A stretch of 63,883 nt of DNA, filler included, from Lenisia limosa (Eukaryota > Protista > Breviatea): the NCBI GenBank assembly GCA_001655205.1. It is 12 parts of 12 records of this genome, joined end to end, with 100 filler letters (N's around TTAATTAATTAA, not from the genome) between each part and the next. Parts side by side here need not be neighbours in the genome. Positions count along the whole stretch, not along the records: positions 36,286 to 40,282 come from LPNZ01005755.1; positions 40,383 to 44,401 come from LPNZ01005986.1; positions 44,502 to 46,713 come from LPNZ01002840.1; positions 46,814 to 52,200 come from LPNZ01004917.1; 8 more parts are not named here. One strand, written 5' to 3'. A model generated the notes under the pieces. That model was not told the origin of the DNA, ran no database searches, and saw nothing but the letters and a program-made list of their open reading frames with translations. This document shows, one piece after another, positions 36,286 to 47,500 of this stretch (within the stretch, counting starts at the first letter, position 1; the number at the start of each line of letters is the position of its first letter). A program made the position numbers and the translations under genes.

Positions 36286-37835
36286 CCAGCCCTCTTTGTA
36301 GACAGTCCCATTGTGGCCATGGCCCATCATAAGAACGTGGTGGCATTCATCAACGCTGACGCCTATTTGTATGGGGAGAAGACGAAGGAAGTTTCAATTA
36401 AGAATATTGGCGTAATGGCACTAATCACGAACTGAATAATCTGAAACTCCAAAGGGGCGTATCTAGCAATATACGCTCTCAGTATGAGATGAGATGGGGA
36501 AGTGTGACTTTGACATCACTTTTGCAATTCTTCTCCATTTATCTATCAATGGCAGGGGGGGTAATAAAGGAAGTTATCACAACTCATATGATCACTTTCC
36601 ACCCAAGCCCCCGAAATTTGCTTTGCTTATGTTTTTTCAACCCTCGTGTAATTCTAAACAGCAGTTGAACACGGGTGAGTCGGTCCTAAGGGGCTAGCTG
36701 ACAGAGTTTTGAGCTTTTTAATTTCATAAATTGCCTTCGTTTTACTCACTCCTCAGCCGTCTATGGGACCTCAATGAAATGAAAGAAGTTCTTTCTCTCA
36801 ATGCCCTCCCCCTGGCGCTGAAGACGGCGAAAGCTGTAAGAGATAAGGGGCTATATTGACAGTAATAAGCATCAACATAATGTAAGGCACATGATTGGGT
36901 GAATTAATATTAATCCAATAGCTCTAATAAGCGTGGTGGTGTGAACGGCTTCGGCCAGAAACAACCTTGTTTTATTACTTCTCAACTATAGAGTTTATAC
37001 ATAATGTGCTGTAACGCGGTGATATTATTTGACTGCTAGTATAATGATACTATAAGGTAAACGTTAGTGGGTCTGTTATTATTACACTAATGCATACACA
37101 CAATGCAGTAAATGCAGATTACTTATTGTGATCCCCCCCACCCTTGCCACCCCCCATCCCCCAACACAATTTTCACTTTTTAGAACGTCTCAGTCNNNNN
37201 NNNNNNNNNNNNNNNNNNNNNNNNNNNNNNNNNNNNNNNNNNNNNNNNNNNNNNCTCCAAACCCTGCGCCACACCTCACCTTCTTTGCTTCCAAGTCAGT
37301 CAGGGAAAATCACAGCATGATGTCACATTCAAAAGTCTCTTTTTGACTTTTCAAAATGTTGTATTACTTCTTTTTTTTTTTTTTTTTGGCCCCCATATTC
37401 AGCATATCATATTCACTATATTCTGCATTATTCTGTGTTTTCAGCATTTTCAGCAACCCCCGTCCATATTCACGCCTTTTAGTAACGAAATGCTGGAGGT
37501 GGTCGCCAATGTGGCGTTTAAATCCTGGATGATCCTGGAGAAAGGTGGGATGTGGCGTGAACAGATGAATAAAATGGTTGTTGCTTTATTGGTTCGGAAA
37601 AGGGGGTGTAAACGGTGAGATCATAAGAATTTGAGTCGACATAATTTTGACTATTGAATTACCACCTTGCTTTAAGGCTGGCTGTAAGCTTCTTCCTCTT
37701 GTTTTGCTCACTTCCTTTACCTTTCCTTCTATGCTCACCACAGGCCAACCTTACCCTAACTCTCCCATCCCCCAGACCCGGAAGCGACGCGGACCGCTAG
37801 TGGACCACGACAGTTCACCGCGGCCGCCCTACTAG
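36286..37835 (+). CDS. C-terminal part of a WD40-like protein
   Basis: Phase-compatible splice TAT TT|gtatgg..cctcag|C CGT gives VVAFINADAYFRLWDLNEMKEV (WD-type); later exons NEMLEVVANVAFKSWMILEK and GQPYPNSP...RPPY*. Confidence 0.55.
36373..36450 (-). repeat. Family G module in antisense, directly after an intron donor
   Basis: gtat-ggggagaagacgaaggaagtttcaattaagaatattggcgtaatggcactaatcacgaactgaataatctgaaactcc is the reverse complement of the G consensus. Confidence 0.75.
36881..36973 (+). repeat. Family B repeat (3' two-thirds)
   Basis: tgtaaggcacatgattgggtgaattaat..gtggtggtgtgaacggcttcggccagaaacaaccttgtttt. Confidence 0.85.
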
Positions 37836-37875
37836 CTCAAGGGGTTGGAGTGATTGGATTGACGGGGGATATGAT

Positions 37876-37975
37876 TGGTGCTTCACTTCGGTTCGAAAAA
37901 GACCGGTGAAATATCGATAGTTTTCGAGGATTTATAGAGAAATCCAGTCTTTTTTCAAACCGAAGTGAAGCCCTA
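37876..37975. mobile_element. Family A hAT-like MITE
   Basis: gcttcacttcggttcgaaaaaga ... ttcaaaccgaagtgaagcccta, 100 bp. Confidence 0.88.
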
Positions 37976-37989
37976 GAAGTATCATTGTG

Positions 37990-40282
37990 ATGGGTGGCAA
38001 CGGAAGCAAATGGCCAAGGCTTGTTGTCTTTAGCCCTCGTGTGTCTCTGAAATGTATCACCAACAGTTGATTTTGGGTTTTTTTTTTTTTCTTACTCTTA
38101 CTTCAAATTGTCTGTTTTTACCCCCATCAGCTTGCACCAGCAGAAAGCCCAGTGAACACCTGGGAAAGGGAACTTTCGCACGCCACCGTTCTTGGTGGGA
38201 GGGGAGTCTACATCGGGATAAGTCTTGACCAATATATGATTTCCCAGAATTGGTCAAGACTTATCCTGGTCAGTGTCAACATAATTGATACTATATCAAG
38301 TACGCATAAAGCTGAAGTAGGTAGGTACACACAACACTAACGAGATGTATTACATATCACATACAACCAGAAGAGTCACTATTATTTGAGAGTCGAACTC
38401 AACCAAAAATTCAAAAAATTGAAGTGGGACAAGCTGTAACGAAAACTCTTCTCCAGATAAATTGGTTTCATTCTTTTTCAATCGTATTGTCTCACAGATG
38501 AGGCCATAGGCTTGCCCATAGCAGGGAAAGGTGCCACTATGGCTTCACTTCGGTTCGAAAAAAGGCTGAATTTCTCAATAAATATGCTGGTCTTTTTTGA
38601 ACCGAAGTGAAGCCCTAGGTACTGCTTTGCTCTTTCGACCTTAATTGAAATAGGAAACAAGTTTGGCGTTATTCAGGCTCTTCGCGTGCTTGTCGGACTT
38701 TTCACTGAATCCGTGGGAGGCACATATGATATGCATGTAGTATATAAGATACAACGTGGGGGAGATGTTGTGATATGAATTTTTTATGTTGATATATGTC
38801 ATATGTCATACATGTAAATATGTCCTGTGTTTTACCCCAGTAAATCATTCTTCTTAAGTATGCAGTGTAGAAGCGACTGGCCTGGGCTTTNNNNNNNNNN
38901 NNNNNNNNNNNNNNNNNNNNNNNNNNNNNNNNNNNNNNNNNNNNNNNNNNNNNNNNNNNNNNNNNNNNNNNNNNNNNNNNNNNNNNNNNNNNNNNNNNNN
39001 NNNNNNNNNNNNNNNNNNNNNNNNNNNNNNNNNNNNNNNNNNTTTTTTGTTTTGTTTTTTAATCATCCCCACAAATAAGAGACCCTCCCCCCACTCCAGA
39101 TTTGTAAAAAACCTTTTGTAGTCTAAAATAAGCCTATTATTTTTGTAATTTTTTTCATAAAAATACCACTTCTCTCTTTTTATTTTTTAACTACAGACGC
39201 TGCAATTTAGATGAGCCCATTTTCCTTACTCTATTCAGGATAGGAACGGAGGTCGCTGAACTGAACCGAATCATTAGCGATACTGTAGGAACTATGTAAC
39301 TTTATTGATGGTTGATGTATTATTAGTATCTTCAATAGAGAAAGCTGTGTTAACAGTTCACTGGCAAATGGTTGCGGTTTTTTTGAACAAGTTTATACTT
39401 TCTACCTAATGTGGTTGTAGTGTGAACGGCTTCGGCCAGGTACCACTTTGTTTATATCATATTTCAATTATCTTCAACATGCTGGGGAGTTAACGGAGTT
39501 CCAAGGCAAATAATTCAAAAAAGATTGTTGACTGATAGTTGATAATATCTGAAATTTTATTTATGGTTGATCATGATTTGGTATAGTGGAGAGGCTAATG
39601 GGCTTTTAGCTTTTACTATTAAAGTATGAACATACATCGTATATTTTTGTATACCATTTATCCTGATGGTACGGGCTTGCAATTATGGGTTTTTGAAATG
39701 GTTTTACACCTTCGCAGGGTTTCCTTCGCCGACGTGTTGAGAAAACAAGAAAAATGTATTACTTTGGAATAGGGTTTATAAACAAGAAACAGAAAGAAAA
39801 CAAAAGAAAACTAAAGTCTAAGGTCCTTCAGCAAGTCGTTACAAAGCAGCTGGGGTGGGGGGTGAATTTAAAATTAAAGAAACAAAAAAGACCAAAATCG
39901 ACTCTGTGGCTGGGGAAAATGAAAAATTATGACCCTCCTTTCCTAATCAATTGGAATTATTGGCACATATGAAGAGTGAGTTGAGGAAATGATCATTACT
40001 CCAAGATGAAATGGAAAATACGCTCTATATTCAGAAGTATACTTTGGGCTTCACTTCGGTTCGAAAAAGATAGGCAAAATATCGCTAGTTTTCAAAGATT
40101 TATTGATCAATAAATTCGTTCTTTTTGTTTTGAATCGAAGTGAAGCCCTACAAGTACCTTTACGCCATTATTCTTCATCGAAATTATCTTCATTTTACCC
40201 CCCCAGGCCCTCACTTTGAACTCCCAAACAAGTCCCTTGATTCTTCGCAAATGCATGCCGAAGAGCTCCAAACGGGGGAGCC
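37990..40282 (+). CDS. Hypothetical multi-exon protein, truncated at linker
   Basis: Candidate exons MGGNGSKWPRLVVFSP, LAPAESPVNTWERELSHATVL, FGVIQALRVLVGLFTES, IGTEVAELNRIISDT and PHFELPNKSLDSSQ with GT-AG ends; no family recognised. Confidence 0.45.
38211..38275. mobile_element. Family D Tc1/mariner-like MITE, degenerate
   Basis: cgggataagtcttgaccaat / attggtcaagacttatcctggtcagtg inverted repeat. Confidence 0.75.
38538..38617. mobile_element. Family A MITE, short (80 bp)
   Basis: tatggcttcacttcggttcgaaaaa ... tttttgaaccgaagtgaagcccta. Confidence 0.88.
39411..39453 (+). repeat. Family B repeat (3' end)
   Basis: gtgtgaacggcttcggccaggtaccactttgttt. Confidence 0.65.
40044..40150. mobile_element. 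Family A MITE
   Basis: gggcttcacttcggttcgaaaaaga ... tgaatcgaagtgaagcccta. Confidence 0.88.
40151..40206 (+). repeat. Family G module (3' half), ends at acceptor
   Basis: agtacctttacgccattattcttcatcgaaattatcttcattttaccccccag|GCC. Confidence 0.75.
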
Positions 40283-40382
40283 NNNNNNNNNNNNNNNNNN
40301 NNNNNNNNNNNNNNNNNNNNNNNNNNTTAATTAATTAANNNNNNNNNNNNNNNNNNNNNNNNNNNNNNNNNNNNNNNNNNNN

Positions 40383-41575
40383 TCAACATATCGAGCGCCC
40401 ATATGCTCCATATGAAGGCCTTGGGCGGTTTTCATGTCCTCTGCCGACACCAGCTCAACATAGGCCTCTCCTGTGGGGGGGGGGGAGTAAAACGAAGGAA
40501 ATTTCGATGAAGAATATTAGCGTAAAGGTACTAATCACGAACCGAATAATCTAAAACTCCAAACAAACAAAAGACAAAAAACAAGGAGAGAGTAAAATAA
40601 TGTTTTGAATTAATAGACAAAAGAGAAACAAAACCATGAGATTGCACAAAGAATCAAGCAGTTACGAACCAGTGAGAAATACCTTCAAAAGATTCACACT
40701 ATGGCCATTTTAAAAATTATTCAATCAAGCACAGGGAAGCGTAAAAGAAGACTTGGATTGAGCAAAATCAAAGAAAAATATGTCACTTCAAACGTTGAGT
40801 AAAATTCTGTTATTGAATCAATAGATATGCGAGAGAAACAAAACCATGAGATAACACGAAGTATCAAACAAGAGGAAAGGGGGTTGATAGAATGAGTTTG
40901 TTTGGGAGATGTAAAAGACATGGTTGCTTCAACCATTCCAATAACAAGATGTATAGATACACAGAGAACAACAATCTGAAAGGGTTACTTTCTGGACAAC
41001 AATCAAAATCACCCAAGTACCAATTAGGGTTTCACTTTGGTTCGAAAAAAGTGAATTTCTCGATAAACCCTCGAAAACTATCGATATTTTACCGGTCTTT
41101 TTATAGAGCATACAGACATATTTCAGCTCACCATAGTATGTATAGGAAACTATCAGGCCGAAGCCCGTCCACCACCACGTTTATATGGAATACTGCCACC
41201 AATTATTTGTGTTTCAGCTTATGTCAATCAAGATGGAATGCGGAATTCGGGGACGAACAGAGATTAATCAAGATCAACAGAACGCAAGCGGACCTATCCC
41301 AACGTAATCCTCCAGTCATCCCAGTCCTCAACGCTTAAAACGATAAAACAGCCCATACCGGTAGGTTTGCCCTGCTGGTTGCGAAGGAAGGTGATGTTGT
41401 CATTGAGGATCTTCACTCCACGAAGGAAAACACGGACATCTTGCGGGGTTGCTTCCCAGGGCAGGCCGCGTAGGCGGATAACAAACTTATCGGATCTAAG
41501 GGGTAAATGGCCGGATAGGGGGCGGGAGGCGGAGTGCTTACTCATCTGGAAAGCCACTTGTGCTACCGTTGTCAT
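40383..41575 (-). CDS. hnRNP F/H- or ESRP-like quasi-RRM RNA-binding protein, 5' part
   Basis: Exon 1 ..VIRLRGLPWEATPQDVRVFLRG..RNQQGKPTG|gtatgg; exon 2 GEAYVELVSAEDMKTAQGLHMEHMGARYVE, the qRRM signature (RGLPW..GEA.VE..H...MG.RY.E). Confidence 0.85.
40471..40560 (-). repeat. Family G module, full length, ends at the qRRM-gene acceptor
   Basis: ggagttttagattattcggttcgtgattagtacctttacgctaatattcttcatcgaaatttccttcgttttactcccc..cacag|GAG. Confidence 0.8.
41025..41105. mobile_element. Family A MITE, one end lost
   Basis: tagggtttcactttggttcgaaaaaa plus internal gaatttctcgataaaccctcgaaaactatcgatattttaccggtc. Confidence 0.75.
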
Positions 41576-41970
41576 ACATAACCGGAGTCGGTCTATTTGT
41601 GGGTGCTATTGTTATCTATTAATTGAAGAAGAACGATAGGACTGTTCTGATTGGCTAACTACGTCATTCACACAATAAATCTATTCCTTGATGTTGACTT
41701 CTTTTCTTATTTCCTGTAGATATATCTTGTTTTACACCTTTCTGTCTCGTACTCTCTTCTCAGTCTCTTCTTTCTGATCTTTTCAGATTGGGCATAGCAA
41801 GTAGCTGTCTTTCCACCCCCAGGTACTCTCAATATTTAAATTTATTTTTGGGATTTTTTTTTGCATTTTTACAGACCTCTGCTAGGTATATTTTGATATA
41901 TTATTAAACTGGATTAGTTAAAGGGAGGTTGCCCTTTTTTGAGGAATTTCTTTTTTTCGTGAATTCTATC

Positions 41971-44401
41971 ATGGCAAAGGACGCTGTAGACCAGAAAGTT
42001 TTGAAGGCGTCGTATATTTCAGCCAAAGTCACTGCGAATGAGCTCACAAAGCGCCTCAAGGTTTGACAGTTTCAATTTGTGAACCGGGTATTGTCGTTAT
42101 ACTTGGTCTCCAACAGGTATTTATTGATTTTAGTCCGTGTCAAGTGCTCTGTCTTCGTTCGACCAGGAAGAAGATGTTTCCTCTCTTCGCCCCATCGCTG
42201 ATGTTCTCATCTCCCCCAAGCTCATTGCCCACAAAGAAAAGGTAAATAATTCGTTGAACTGCTATTGGAGCCGTTCCGGTCTTTTTTCGCGCCACTCCTC
42301 TCATGATCAAGTCTGTCCGTCTGATGGTTTGCTGCTGTCTTGCCGACATTCTTCGCGTCTTTGCACCCGATGCTCCGTTTGAAGACTCAGAATTGAAGGT
42401 TTGAAAACAGGAATGGGACTGGATCATTGTGTGATGTTCTTTTGGACATGTCCTTTGGCTTTCACTAAATTTGGCGCGTTTTTGGGTAACCGTTCTTCTG
42501 CCCTTTTATTTCACCATTATCTTGCTTTTCATTGTATGTTCATTTTCTTGATTATTACTGGTGATAGTGGTTTTGCTTGACTTGGCTCCAGGCAAATGGA
42601 GGTTTTCTGTTTTTTCTTCTATCAGTCTCATTTGTGTGTTTGTTTAGCCGATGGAATTTGATTCTGGGACCCCCCNNNNNNNNNNNNNNNNNNNNNNNNN
42701 NNNNGGCCGGGGCTTTGTTTGTTTTGTTGTTTTCAACCCTCTTGTGTTGTCAGCCAACAGAGGTTTTTTGATTTGCTTTTTTTGTTTTGTTGCATAAGGT
42801 TTCCAGCCCTGGTGTTTTCTCAACGTAAAAAAATGTTTCATAAATTGTCCNNNNNNNNNNNNNNNNNNNNNNNNNNNNNNNNNNNNNNNNNNNNNNNNNN
42901 TTGCCATAACTTTTTGTGAAAGACAATTAAAATATCAATATTTCATTTATCGAGGGTTAGAATTTCAGGCATTCCATTACTCCTCAACCTTTATCATAAC
43001 ATTTACTCTACTTTTTGAACTTTATTTATAGTACAGTTGAAATATGAAGTGGTTTTTTAGTAGGTTATACAATTTAGAGATTGTCGCGGATATCCCAGCA
43101 CAAACCTATTTGATACGTCATTCCCCCCATTTTTATTGTGTTTTGCTAACGTTTTTGGTCAGCATGATAATAGTGACGTTTGCTATCCACATTTATCCCG
43201 CCTCCCCCCAGAACTTGGAGTTATCTCAGAGTTTCGTTTCTCTCTTTTGTTACCCAATTTTAAAACGGTTTTTATCCCCTCCAATCGGAAGTATTCAAAT
43301 TACATCAGCCAACAAAGTTGACTTGGGCTTTTTTGTTTTTTTCATAAATTTCCAAAATTACCCCCCTCAGAAAGTAATGCAAACAATGGTGCGACAACTT
43401 GACGGTCTTGCTCAACATGACAGCCCTATGTACAGCAGATATTTCTTCCTTCTCGAAAGGATGGCTGTGGTTGAGGTGCGAGGAAGATTGTTTCGTTTGT
43501 GTCTTCAAGACAATCTTTGTTTGGCATCTCTGCCTCCCATTACTGATTTTTCATCTATTTTCCTTTTTGTTTGATATATTTCCCAATTTTACTCTCCACT
43601 GGAGTGATGCAGAAGCGACTGGACTGGCCTGGGCTTTGNNNNNNNNNNNNNNNNNNNNNNNNNNNNNNNNNNNNNNNNNNNNNNNNNNNNNNNNNNNNNN
43701 NNNNNNNNNNNNNNNNNNNNNCTCCTCACAACCAAGGCCTTCCTCATTCTCCACGAACTTGAAGACGACGCCACCATCACCACCCTCTTCGACGTGCTTC
43801 TCAGAACTATCCGGTGCGGGAGGGATAGATGATATGTACATATGATGTATTATTTATGCATATGATGTATATAGTATATGATATAGTTAAAACTGCGAAC
43901 ATGATTAAAACTGCGAACAAAAAAGGAGGCTTTTCTTTCAATTTTTGACCCAATACGCTCCTTATTTCCCCTCTTTCGCATAGTTTGCAAATTATTGCCT
44001 GAAGCACTCCTTTATACAGGGTTTTATTCAAAAAAAAAAAAAAAAAATTGGCAGGAAGCAAATCGGCTATGATTTACGCCGGTATATTACATGTATATAT
44101 GACATATATTATATGCATGTGTATATTAATACATCCGATACATTGAATATATACTGCATCACGTGGTATACATTTAATTATACGTGTACAGTGACCGGGG
44201 TAAGTCTTAACCGATTTGCTAGAGGATTTCCCAAGGATGATATATGTATGATACATACATATATCTAGCTATATATTTTTTACTTCCCAGACCCGAACAC
44301 ACGGTCAAAGTCTCCTCCCATATGGTCCTGATTATGACATCACTCCTTGCCGAGGCCGACCCTGCTCCTGAGACCTTCGATGTTATTTTGCAGTGTATTG
44401 T
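41971..44401 (+). CDS. PDS5: Sister-chromatid cohesion protein PDS5, N-terminal part
   Basis: ANELTKRLK, SVRLMVCCCLADILRVFAPDAPF (PDS5 signature), RQLDGLAQHDSPMYSRYFFLLERMAVV, VSSHMVLIMTSLLAEAD; truncated at linker 44402. Confidence 0.9.
42705..42765 (+). repeat. Family C repeat
   Basis: ggccggggctttgtttgttttgttgttttcaaccctcttgtgttgtcagccaacagag. Confidence 0.8.
43597..43638 (+). repeat. Family C repeat (5' part, rest masked)
   Basis: cactggagtgatgcagaagcgactggactggcctgggctttg. Confidence 0.75.
43883..44035. mobile_element. Family E relic in PDS5 intron
   Basis: Reverse-complement match to 21180-21232 and 20766-20817; carries a duplicated aaaactgcgaaca motif. Confidence 0.65.
44189..44225. 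mobile_element. Family D MITE, left arm only
   Basis: ta|cagtgaccggggtaagtcttaaccgatt. Confidence 0.65.
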
Positions 44402-44574
44402 NNNNNNNNNNNNNNNNNNNNNNNNNNNNNNNNNNNNNNNNNNNNTTAATTAATTAANNNNNNNNNNNNNNNNNNNNNNNNNNNNNNNNNNNNNNNNNNN
44501 NTATAGAGATATTGGATTATAGTAGTATAATATTAATTCACCCAATCGTTTGAAATATATCATAGTAAGAAAAC

Positions 44575-47500
44575 ATCATACACATTGTATTTATGCAAGC
44601 AAGACCCACAAGGGCGGCTTCAGGGCTGGGTGACGACGATGACAGATGGCAGATGGAGATGACTCTATGAGCCGAGGACCTGAAGATAAATAGGTGATAA
44701 ACAGAGGGAAATATTTAAACTCGAACGGATCTACCAACAAAGGAGAAAACAGTTTGTATACGGTCCATCCCAGTATCCCCTAGGAATAGTAGAAAAAGCG
44801 CGTACTTGAGAGCAGTATTAAGGGCGGTGGTGAGGGGGAAGGTGGAATGATGGGGTGCCATGGAGGCTTTTTCGGCCCCTGACTCTACGTCTGCCTAAAG
44901 TGGATTATGGAATCGGAGCTGGATTAGGTTTGCCTGTTATGTAAAAATTATGATTTGAAATACATGTAGGTATCTGTCTGAGCTTTATATAATATGCCTA
45001 ATATATCATACGATAAACGCATATCATATAAAGCTCATATATGATACTATGTATAAGTTAATTCGCAAGTTTGTACTCTGTAGCCCCTTCCCTACCATAA
45101 CATGAAGCGCAGCGAGGCTATTGAGGATGTGGGGAGGCGCAGGGCTTAAAGTTGCTGAAGGAGTGAGTTGAAGAGATGATGAGTTGAGTTGATGAGTGAA
45201 TGTTTTGCGATGTAGAGCAATGGTTAGAGCTTTACTTCCGTTCGAAAAATGAATGAATCTCTCGATAAATCCTCGAAAACTACCGATATTTTACCGGTCT
45301 TTTTCGAACCGAAGTGAAGCCCCAGTAATGGTGACTATAGGGAGATGGGCAGATACACATGAAAACATCACCAAACGCTATTATCTTCCAAAGATCTTCC
45401 ATCCAAATATTAGTCAGTATTCAAAGCGAAACAAACACAATGAAGGAATCTCCTTGGATAAGCACAGGGTCGAAAAAGACCAGTAATATCAAGTAGCTAT
45501 ATCAGGCTTGTTTCGTATACTATATTACGTACTATATTATAGCAATGAGAAATAAAAAATAAGGTTATATCNNNNNNNNNNNNNNNNNNNNNNNNNNNNN
45601 NNNNNNNNNNNNNNNNNNNNNNNNNNNNNNNNNNNNNNNNNNNNNNNNNNNNNNNNNNNNNNNNNNNNNNNNNNNNNNNNGATACTTAGACTAATCCGCC
45701 AGACCCCTGAAGATCGACAAACTGTTTCAGGTAAAGCCTCTGGATACCCCCCATCCCTCATCAGCCCACGTGAAACAGTAACTGGGGGTGCGAGAAGAGC
45801 AAAAGTGATATGAGAGACTCTCGGAGTGGAGGGTGGTGGTGACGTCTTCGGTTGAGGTGGTCGTAATGACTTGCGCTGGACAGGTAAGAATGGGGGATAT
45901 GGTTGCAGAGCTTTTGATAAGAATGAGCAGTGTACTTGATAACTGAATAGATAATATTGACATCTCGATTATGACAGCCCTTAATGGAAACACAGAGTAC
46001 CAGACAATTCTCATGTATCCTTAGGTTATTCAAGGGTTTTTTTCTTTTTATTCTCAAACCATGACCCACAGCTGGTTTGCGCTGATTGACTTCATCTGAG
46101 GGTGTGAGGATGGAAGACGCAGTTGATGAGGCAAAATGGGAATGAGGCAAAATGGGAATGAGGCAAAATGGGAATGAGGCAAAATGGAAAAAGTAATTTT
46201 TTTGGACAAGAAGATATGTAAATAATACATACGTTCTTACAAAACCGAGTCATGTTCCTCTGAAATGGGAATAGAATGAGTATATACAATTTATTTGGTA
46301 TTGACGCTCGATAGTTAAAAAATAACGTATGCTACATTTTAAACCACAAGGTTCAAAGACCCACTTCCCACTTTGCTCATCACTAGCTGACCGCCAATGA
46401 AGGGTTACTCTTAAGAGCACGTGAGTACCGTTGTTTCTGAAAGATAAATCCGAGAACAGCCATATTGTAACAGGAATAAAATCGTACAATAATAGACTAT
46501 TAAAGCCTAGTTTAGTAATACAAGAGAGCAAACTTGCTTTAAACTACATACAGCGTATCATATGATATGATAGAATATAACTCATATCGGTACAATGATA
46601 TTGATAAAATATGATATGAGACAGACTTGCTTTTGATAGCTGATGTGGCCAGATAGAGGAAATTGGCGCAGTCGCCAACTGTGCGTACTGGTACGGCCGT
46701 ACAGCCTGGGAATNNNNNNNNNNNNNNNNNNNNNNNNNNNNNNNNNNNNNNNNNNNNTTAATTAATTAANNNNNNNNNNNNNNNNNNNNNNNNNNNNNNN
46801 NNNNNNNNNNNNNCTTCACTTCGGTACGAATATTTTATAGGTTTTTATACTAAAGTAAAACCTTAATTACACCCCCCACTGGCCAATATCCCGGAGCGGG
46901 GTCAGGAATAATGGATTCTGAGGGGCAACTACCTCCCTCTGGGCAAGTCGTGCATTCTCCTGATAATGTGATGGATAAATGATGATGATGATGATGATTC
47001 AAACTAATAGTAACAACACTAATTATAATGAAGACAACGATATGGATAATTATGACCATGTGATGATTGTTTATGAAAAAAATATTGATGTTTTATTGAC
47101 GAATATGATGAATATGATGATAATATGATGTTGAATGTCTGAAAACAATGTTGATGAAGGATAAATTGCATACCAACTCCTGGAGCACCATAGTAGCCCT
47201 CCTTGCATTTACAGTCCNNNNNNNNNNNNNNNNNNNNNNNNNNNNNNNNNNNNNNNNNNNNNNNNNNNNNNNNNNNNNNNNNNNNNNNNNNNNNNNNNNN
47301 NNNNNNNNNNNNNNNNNNNNNNNNNNNNNNNNNNNNNNNNNNNNNNNNNNNNNNNNNNNNNNNNNNNNNNNNNNNNNNNNNNNNNNNNNNNNNNNNNNNN
47401 NNNNNNNNNNNNNNNNNNNNNNNACTTAGGCCCTCTTACCTTATTGATGGGACATTCGACACAGTGGAAGAGATCGCACGAGGGGCAGGGAAGAGGAATC

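Noticed and set aside
36286-36368. Minus-strand VDECHH..MGHGHNGTVYK resembling a DExH motif or kinase P-loop
   Set aside because: The plus strand gives a phase-compatible WD40-type splice (AYF-RLWDL) with strong gtatgg/gtaag donors; the antisense match is likely coincidence.
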